Of a stretch of DNA of 33,396 nt, positions 17,401 to 26,400 are shown in pieces. The stretch lies in IMG/VR virus record IMGVR_UViG_3300020180_000001. One strand, given 5' to 3'. How positions within the stretch are numbered: position 1 is the stretch's first letter; every line of letters begins with the position of its first letter. The notes below the pieces were generated by a model. That model saw nothing but the letters and a program-made list of their open reading frames with translations, was not told where the DNA came from and did not search any database. The stretch comes from an uncultured virus (IMG/VR IMGVR_UViG_3300020180_000001) (Duplodnaviria > Heunggongvirae > Uroviricota > Caudoviricetes). Position numbers and translations under genes: made by a program.

Positions 17401-20400
17401 GTTATCAACCTGTCTAATAAAGAAGAGATTATTTTATTCTCTAAGATAGCCTCTTTTCCTGCAACGTTGTTCGGAGAGTATGTAGTTCTATATTTAAAGT
17501 TTTTATATTGCTGCACCGCTACAAAAGGATTTCCTCTGGTAAGTGATCCTATAGCACTAACAATCGATTTAATAAAAGTTAGATCTTCAAAACTTTTAAA
17601 TGAGTAATCGTAAGACTTCTTATAGTTGGGAAAAGTTTTAACCCATTCTGAAATACGTTGATTTTCAGGCTTAACAAATATCTGAAACAAAGGATTATCC
17701 CTTGCTAAACTATACGTTATACCTCTCGTACTCTCGGTAGAAGAGTATACCGCATACATAGTAGGGAAATTAACATCCTTATAAAAGGTTACTGCATCAC
17801 TGGAGTTTTTAATATTCAACTCGCTGGAATCAATAGTATTGAGTATAAACTCCGCTGCTGCTTTACGAACGTTATTAGGAATAATACCGGGAAAAGGAGA
17901 GCCTATCTTCTCCATAGTCCGTTTCTTTATTATAGTAAAAATCTCTGGTAAAGAACTGTTAGGAATGTCACTTAGTATAGGAAGTAGCGCATTAAATATC
18001 CCGAAAAAGTCTCCTTGTACTACTGCCCCTTTAGAAGTGTATTTAGTCAGTACCAATCTCTGCTTGATTCGTCCCGTAATCTTATCCAAAGGATTAAACA
18101 AGTCAGATTCAAAAGTCTCTTCCGCAATAGATGCGTTCACACTTTCGATTGCTGAATCTAAATCAGTATCAACTTCATTTGTTCTGGATTCTACCAATTC
18201 TTGTAACTGGTCTTCTAAGGCAGCGATTTTAACAGCCTTGGAATCCTTATTATTTACAGTCTTAAAATACTTTGCAATAAAGTCTTTTGAGGTATTGGAT
18301 TTACGATCTAATATGGGAGCGATGGCTGTTTTGTATAATTCAAATTCATCTCTTCCAAATTCAATTCTTCTGGTAATAAACATATTATTTAGAAGATCGA
18401 AAGTATCTTCTAAAGCCTCGTCAAAGGAAAGTATTTCTTGTGACCCATTATATACATTGTCAAAGGTCTCTAAGAATAGTGTCTTGGCTCTTGTATACAA
18501 TTCTACGGTGGGCCATTTTTCAGCCAAATTTCTTTCTAAACTAAAACTGTTGTTTTCCTTACCACTTACCATCCCGGAAGACAGTTCATCGAAGAACGCA
18601 TCAATACTCTCTATGTTATTATAAACAAAACCGAAGAAATTAAGAATCTTCCTAAACATCTCATATAACTTACCCGAGAAACTTTTAGGTTTTGCGACAT
18701 AATTCATGAACCCGTTAGCAAGGTCTTCTTCTAATTCTATAGTACTCTTATTACCGTGCTTCGCTCTTGCTAAGTCTAATAAAGTAAGTCTTTCTATTGC
18801 AGTTAAGTAATTCCAGAAAACTTTATGGAATGCTTCGTGCTTAACTACTTTAGATTTAACACCATCTTTATCTTCTATTACATAAACTATACCATTCTTA
18901 AACAACCCCCAGTTGTTCTTACCCAGAGAGTGTTGCATCTCCAGAGTACTTATGATGCGGAAATAAGGTTTAGACTTCCTTTTAAAAGCGCTTTTCAAAC
19001 GATCTAAGAGAGTAGGGGATACTATTCTGTTGTAAAGAGCCTTTGCTTCAGCAGGAGTCAAATTATCCCCTAATTCAGTTGCAGAACTTCTTTTTAAGTC
19101 TCTGCTTATCGGATTGAAAAGAAGTTCTTCTAACCGGTGTATAAAGAACGGAAGACTGTCCTCATCCTCTAAAGTAGCAGTATAATACCCAGACAGTTCT
19201 TGATCAGCAATCCTGTCTACTAATTCTTTTACCGCGATTTTAGTATACCACTCGGTATCCATCTGATTAATATTCTCACCCTGGTTTTTAAATACCATTA
19301 GTTGCTCAGCAAGACTTTTCCCCTCTGTACTTTTAATGATCTCTTGTTTGGAGAGTTTTCTAAGAACTTCTACAATTGCTTCTACTCGTTCTAATTTAGT
19401 CTTTGCTTTTTTCAAAGTTAGATTGTTCTCCTCAGCAATACCCATGATAGTTCCTTCAAGTCCTACTAATCTAAGTTCTCCGTCAGGAGTAAACATGTTC
19501 TCAAAAGATAGTATAAGAACTTCGTCTAATACCAATTTAGCATCAGTCTTAGTTGCTTTAGAAATCCAATACTTCTGTGCTTGCTTTACCAGTTCGTCAG
19601 CGGTAAGACTGTCAAAGAGCATAGACAATACTACTGCTCGTAAGTAGTCTCTTGGGGCAGGCTCTGTTACACCTTTAACCTTAGTATACGATATTGCATC
19701 GTTTGACATTTCGATTGCATTGTATAACTGTTCCTTCAGAGTAGGTAGTTTTAAGTTTTTACGAACCAATGCTGCAATGAGAATACTACGTGTGGCATAG
19801 TATAGATCTTGTTGACGAGCAGATACTATCTTAGGGATATCAACTTCTACCCCATATTTAGATGCTATCGATTTGACTAAATCAGCGTTTATTTCTTTCA
19901 GACTATTAATCTCGTTATAAAACTTAATCATAGGAGTTTTAACTGCCGTAGGGACATCTACGGTGGTCTCTCCTGCTACGGGGTTGGCAGTTAAACTAAT
20001 CCGGGTAGGGATAACTCTTTTAAACTGAGTCTCTACGAATCCCATTAATACCTGATCGGCAATAGGGGATTTAGGCTCGTCGGTAACTTTGTCTACATTC
20101 TTGAATGCCAGGAAAGAAAGAGGCATTCTTAATCCAAATCCGTTACCAACTCCGGATAACTTATTATCCTTGTCCTGAGAATCGATAAATAAAGATTTAA
20201 GTATTGCTAAAGACAAAGGCTTTAAGTGAGCATCATATTTAGACTCCACTGCATCAATTATAGATTTTAATTGAAGGCCCATAGAACTCTCTTGTTTATT
20301 ATTAGCCTCTAATCGAGCATACTTTGCTTTTAGTTGACTTTTAGCGGCTTGGGTAAGAGGTGGATTAAGTGAACTCCCTAATTCAGTTTCAAAGTTGGGT

Positions 20401-23400
20401 CTTCCACCTAAAGGCATACCTACGCCAACTGCTTTATCACCCTCTTGAGAATAGCCGGGGTAATCACGTAAAATCACCAACTGTCCTGTAGGCAGGGTAG
20501 TGAGATAGTTTGTAGCCGCTATTCTATTGAACGCTTTTTGGGCCTTACCCTTGTACTTACGAATCCTGCCTCCATTAGCCTTTCTTACGGGAATATTTTC
20601 CTCGTTGAGACTCTCACCATGCAGTAGAGAGTCTATTTCATTGGCACTCTCAGCAAGTCTCTGTACGTCTAAATACTTTAGATCATGTAATACAGCAGCA
20701 GGATACTTAGCCCTCAGCATTGTATTTAACTCTTTAGAAGCAACCTGAATAACCGGGTTTGCCTCTCCATTTAGATAACGTAAGTGAGCATCACTCAAAG
20801 CAGCAATAAACGCGGCATAAGGGTAGTACTTATTTCTTTGATCCTGAGGATCAACTAATTTCATGTCTATGGTTGTATCCATAGTCATTCCGGCATAGAT
20901 AGTATTTTTTAATTCCTGGTGCTGAAAACTCATCTTCTCAAACGCCTCTGTGAGTTCTATGAACTCATATATGTTCTGCAGCCCTATCTTTTCAGCAGCG
21001 TAAGAACCTTGCTGAATAATTGCGGGTCTGTGAATAATATGAAGAGGTTTAATTTCTCCGGAAACAGTACGTAATCCTTGTATCCTTAGATAAGGTACAG
21101 ACGGCCTGATCAAAGGATCATTCATCTTTTTAATCTCTGCTTCGGAATATAAAACTAAACTAACGTAAGGTCTTTGATTTGAATCAACTCCGCTTAAATT
21201 TGATAATACCTCATCTTTGTTTACGATGTAATTATTATCTAATTCGCTTAACTGGTTTATATATATCTCAACCAATTCTCCATAACCATTTTCAGTATAG
21301 TCCCATGTAAAGTTAGGATCATAAATATGTTGTAACCTTTGAGAAGGCCCTATATAAGTAGTAGCAAATTCGAGTGCGGGAGGGATGATGTAATAATGTA
21401 CATCTCCGTCAGTAATCTTCTGTAAAGCCGCTGAGGGTAACGTAGTAATTTTTTGTAGGAAATCCGGTAAAGATTTAACTTCTTCATCTGATAACACTGC
21501 TACTTCAATATGTTTATCACCGTATAACTTAGTAACAATATAACGAGTTCCTTTTGCAGATACATCCTTATATATTCTTACTTCATCCCCTACATTTAAT
21601 ATTGCTGTTCGGAAAACAAAATTATTAGGATGCTTTAGAAGAAGATCCTTATCATTAATAGTAATGTCATCCACAATATCTTCATACTCTTCGAGCGAGT
21701 CAACTTGTTCGACAAACTCATCTTCCAAGTCGGAATCCTCGTCATCGGCTTGTTCTGTTGCTATACGTATGGCTACAACGTCATCAAGAACCTCTTTCAC
21801 TCGAATATCTACCGACGCAGTATCACGTACCTTATTCTTAGAGAGGTCTCTTAAAGTACGTAATTGTTTTACCAGGTCTAACACTATAACTTCGGTTTGT
21901 TGGAGCAGTTTCAGGGCTGCTGCATCTTGAGCAGGTGTAATCTCAACGTTATTGTCTGCGGGGTGCGAATCAAGTTCGTCAAATGCGTACTCTATCTTTT
22001 GAAGTAAACTTTCTAACTGTTCCGGAACAACTTCTTCTAATTCTGCTGACAGTTCGTCAATTTCTATTAGTGTTTTTTTAATTGAATCTCCTGTCTCAAC
22101 CAGTTTAGTCTTTACGTCTATATCCTCTAATGCTTTATCCTCTGATGCTTTATCCTCTAATGCTTTACCCTCGAGTATAGATTTCAGGTTAACGAGTTCT
22201 TGGTCAATCGCCTGATCTTCTTTCTCCACCATACCCTCGAGTATAGATTTCAGGTTATTGAGTTCCTGGTCAATACCCTGATCTTTTTTCGCTTCTTCCT
22301 CAACTGCAGTGATTTCAGGAGGTGTATTATCGGCGGGTGGTGTATTATCTTTTGGAACTTTAGTATTAGCATCAGCAGGAGGTGTATTATCTTTTGGAAC
22401 TTTAGTAGTGTCTGCCGCACGGGCAGTACCGGAATGATAAAACCGATCATAATCAGCAATCTGTTCCTTCTTAGTTGTTATATGAGTATCAAACTCTAAG
22501 GCAAAGACTTTTGAAGCCAATAGAGTTTTAATAGGGATATTAACATCGACATCATTTATTCCGGCAGTAGAGGTAGAATAGATAAATAACCTTGCTCTCG
22601 AGTAAGCAGTGTACATATCCTGATTATACTTAAATGCGTTGGCTTGTTTTGGTAAGTCTATATAAACTTCATCAAAAGATTTACCAGCCACCTCCTGAGG
22701 AGTAGCAATAGTGACATCGGGAAAAGAAGCCGCATAACTAACTTTATTTTCGTTAGTCGTTATAATCACTCTTGTTCTTCCGGGGTTTAGTTTTTGCGAT
22801 AGTCTCACCTTTTCTGAGATGGAAGTAACTGCGGAATTAGGAGATAATTTAGAAGTGAATACTCCTTCTATATCCTTTAAATCATCTATTGATTTAGATG
22901 TAGCAGACTTAACAAGAGTTACCTCAGAAGAAGATAAGAACTGGTTCATAGATGCCCCTATTTCGGCTACATTTGACCTGTAAGACACTGAAATCGGAGA
23001 GACTGATGTTAGGTTATGTATCAATGGAAGAACTCCTGTGGGGCCGGGTAACAAGCCTTTTTGATAAGTAAGTATAATCTTGATATCTGCGGGAGTACCA
23101 ATACCTTTCTTTACTTTATCTAACGCAGCAACATAAATAGTATCTTTTATAGGAGTGAAGGCATCCTGATCTAAAGTAGAAGAGCCATAGGTAGTATTGC
23201 CAGATTGATTAGGATCATACACTAACCATAGTTTATAATTCTTATCCTGGTTCTTAGTTTGTAAATCAGCAAATGCTCCTAAGATGTTGTATAGTAGTTT
23301 GGTATTAACTGCTGCTGCTTCATCAAGAATAAATAAAGTTACATCGTCAGGAACACCTTTTTGAAGAGTCTCTAACAGATTCTCCGCAGTATGTACGGGG

Positions 23401-26400
23401 TAAGGAGACCCCGTTGCTTCTTTAATAGTCTCTGCTGCAAGAACCTTATTGCCTGCTGCTAAGATATTCTTAGGCTGTAATCCCAGTATTGCTAAAGCAG
23501 TGGGTACAATCACTGTGGATTTGCCTGCTCCTGCGGGGGATCTGATTCCAATTACATTTTGAAATATATCAGGATCTTTAAATGAATTGGTAGACGTTAA
23601 ACTAACTAACTCCTGTACTAATCTTTGCTGTGATATAGTAGGAGGAAAGGGAGGTGTTTTGCCTGCGAGTTTATCTGCTTTTGATTGTTGTAGTAGTTCT
23701 AATCCACGAGTCAGTCCCAACCTCGCAGTTAAAGGAGAATTTTTATGGGCAACATATAAAGAAGCAGCGGCTACGTTTGCGTACATCTCAGCAATCTCTT
23801 TATTAGTAAACTCTTTAAAACTATCCGGAGCCTCTAACAGAGTAGAGACAGACAGAGTTTTAGCAAAATCATCAACTGCCTGGGGATTGGTTCTCGTCGT
23901 ACGCTTATAACTATTAAGGAACTCATTTAAAATATATGGGAAGAACTTAACCGGGTTAGTACCTAAGAACTCGAAGTCTGCTCTTGTAAGAACGTTCTTA
24001 GTAATATTAGGGTACTTTCCAATCATCTTGGAGTACATAGCATATACTACATCTATATGCTTAGTTAACAGATCATCCTGTTCATTAGGCAGGTCTAATA
24101 AGACTGCTATCGCCGTAATAGGGTCTAAAGTAGACAGGGCAGTTGTTTGTACGTCAGTAAGAGGTAAAACTCTTTGTAAAGCCATTGCTATCTGATCCGT
24201 ATCTTTCACATCTCGTAATTCTTTATTAGTAAGATTGTCATATACTATTTCACGAAAGGCATTCAAATCTGCTAACATAGACTTCCCGTCAAACTTATCA
24301 TCTAACCTGTCAAGTTGAGTTATATTATTAATCTCAAAATCAATCGAAGTGATGTCATTAAAATTATCTAAGTTCTCATTTGAATTAAATGTATCGACAA
24401 GTTTTTGAGCGCCTACAGTGAGATGATCAATTACGCTGAAATCATCGACTGCAGGTAGTTCTGCCTTAAGAGCATCCCATCTAAGATTTCCTTCGAGTAA
24501 CTTTGAAGACTCTGCTTTAAGTTGCTTATAATACTCAACCTGTTTAAGTAAATCACCCAATTGTTTAAGTTCTGCATCTCCATAGTCATCATAGTCAATA
24601 GTAGTTTCGTAGTTGTCAACTGTAATATCAAGATTACTGGTTTTAAATTTTTTAAACTCCTCGTTGATATACGCGGCAGTCTCATTTAGCGTAATCTCAA
24701 CCTGGTAAATGTAAGTTTTAAGTAAATTTACTGTATCAGCAGTAAGTTTCAAACTATTTGAAAGTACCCTTTCAAGAAACTGAGTTAACTGAACTACAGT
24801 GGAGAGTATATCAAGCCCTCCCTTAGATATGAGTTCATTGATAAGATCTGAGGTTACACTTGCAAGTGCATTTTTTCTACGTGCAATTTGACCTAAATTT
24901 CTGGTAAGGAGTTCGCGATATGCTTTATAAACTTCCTTAGAAGTATCCGGGGTAAGAATCATTCTCGAAGGAATAAGGCTTCTGTCAACTGCTTTGGGGT
25001 CTCTGGCTTTCCATTCTTTCCTCTCAAGAATAGATGTAACCTCATCTGCTAACTTGGCACGCGAATCTATTAGAAAATCAAGGTCTAATTGGGCATTAGC
25101 ATAAGGACGAAATTTATTATTCTTAACCTGATCATCCAGATCTTTAAAACTAAGTTCCCGATTAAGGTCTGCTTTAATATCTGCAATAACCTCATCACTA
25201 AGATTAGGGGCAGATAGTTCATTGAACAACGCCGAGATTCTACGCTCTCTTTGATATGGGGCTAAGGGAGTGTCTAAAGCATCTTTAATAGTAGTTCTAA
25301 TATCATTAACCTCTTCAGATTTACGCTGTATCAAATCGTCAGCAGTGAGAAGTTGATTAACTTTACTATAATAGGCTGTTCTACGTGCCTGGTTATCTTT
25401 AACGGCTTCGGCTGAGTTAGAAGATGGTACAAAATAGTTTTCACCTGTTTGATAGGCTGCTTCTAATCTTTTTACGAAGGAGTTCATGTACTCTATTTCT
25501 TTTGTCGCCTCTTCTCCACCTGCAAACGCTTCAGGAGTAGAAGTAAGTCTGCCTAACTGCTCAAAAAGAATATCAGTAGTGCCGGATTCAAAGGCGGTTA
25601 CAGCCAATTTAGCAAGGAGACTATTGCGGTATAGAGTCAATTTAAGTTTGTCGGGATTCTCTTTAGATTGCTCCTGTTTAATAAGATCGGATAATTCTGA
25701 CTGCATAGAAGCATCAATACCCAATTTAGAAAGTGCTATGGGGTCTATCATCAAATTCCCATCAGGATCGTATTTATAATCTCCTCCCTCTGTGTAATTT
25801 CCTCCAGTCTCGGGAAGATTGTGTTTATCAGTTAGTGCCTTAAAATCTAATTGGCTAATCTCATCTTTGGTTGCTCCCTCTTTAAAAAACTTAGGGCTTT
25901 CGGGAGGACCTTCTACTGATAACTTAGTAGTTACTACAGGATTCTTCGCGGCTATACCATTATCTACTAAGTCAGTATACCGTTTATTATAAGTTTCAAT
26001 TGCTTTTGACTGCTTGCTACGATACTCTCTTGCCTGCCCGACTGCTCCCATAACTCCTTCTTTAGAAGGGATAAGATTAGCAGCGGCTGAAGCAATACCT
26101 CCAATTAAAGCACCTAATCCAAAAGCCTTACCTCTCTCTTTATCCATAAGATTATAGATCTCCAGAGTAGTAATATCTTCTAATACTTTAGCACCGGAGT
26201 CTAAGAAGCCTCTGTGCTTTTCATCTATATAAGCCGCTTTCTGAATAGAGTACTGAATAGTCTCTTCTGTACCTTCTGCTAACACCTGCTCAAGTATAGA
26301 TGTAGTTACTCTTCCTGCAGTGTTACCTTTATCGAAGAAGAAGTCTTCTATACCGGATAATGCTTTCTTCTGAATAGTGTTATCCGTAGCAAGTTGCAAT

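Noticed and set aside
22121..22407. Direct repeats as a possible CRISPR mini-array, given the Cas4-like nucleases nearby
   Set aside because: Only 2-3 copies with periods that are multiples of 3, in frame within a CDS, and no series of unique spacers
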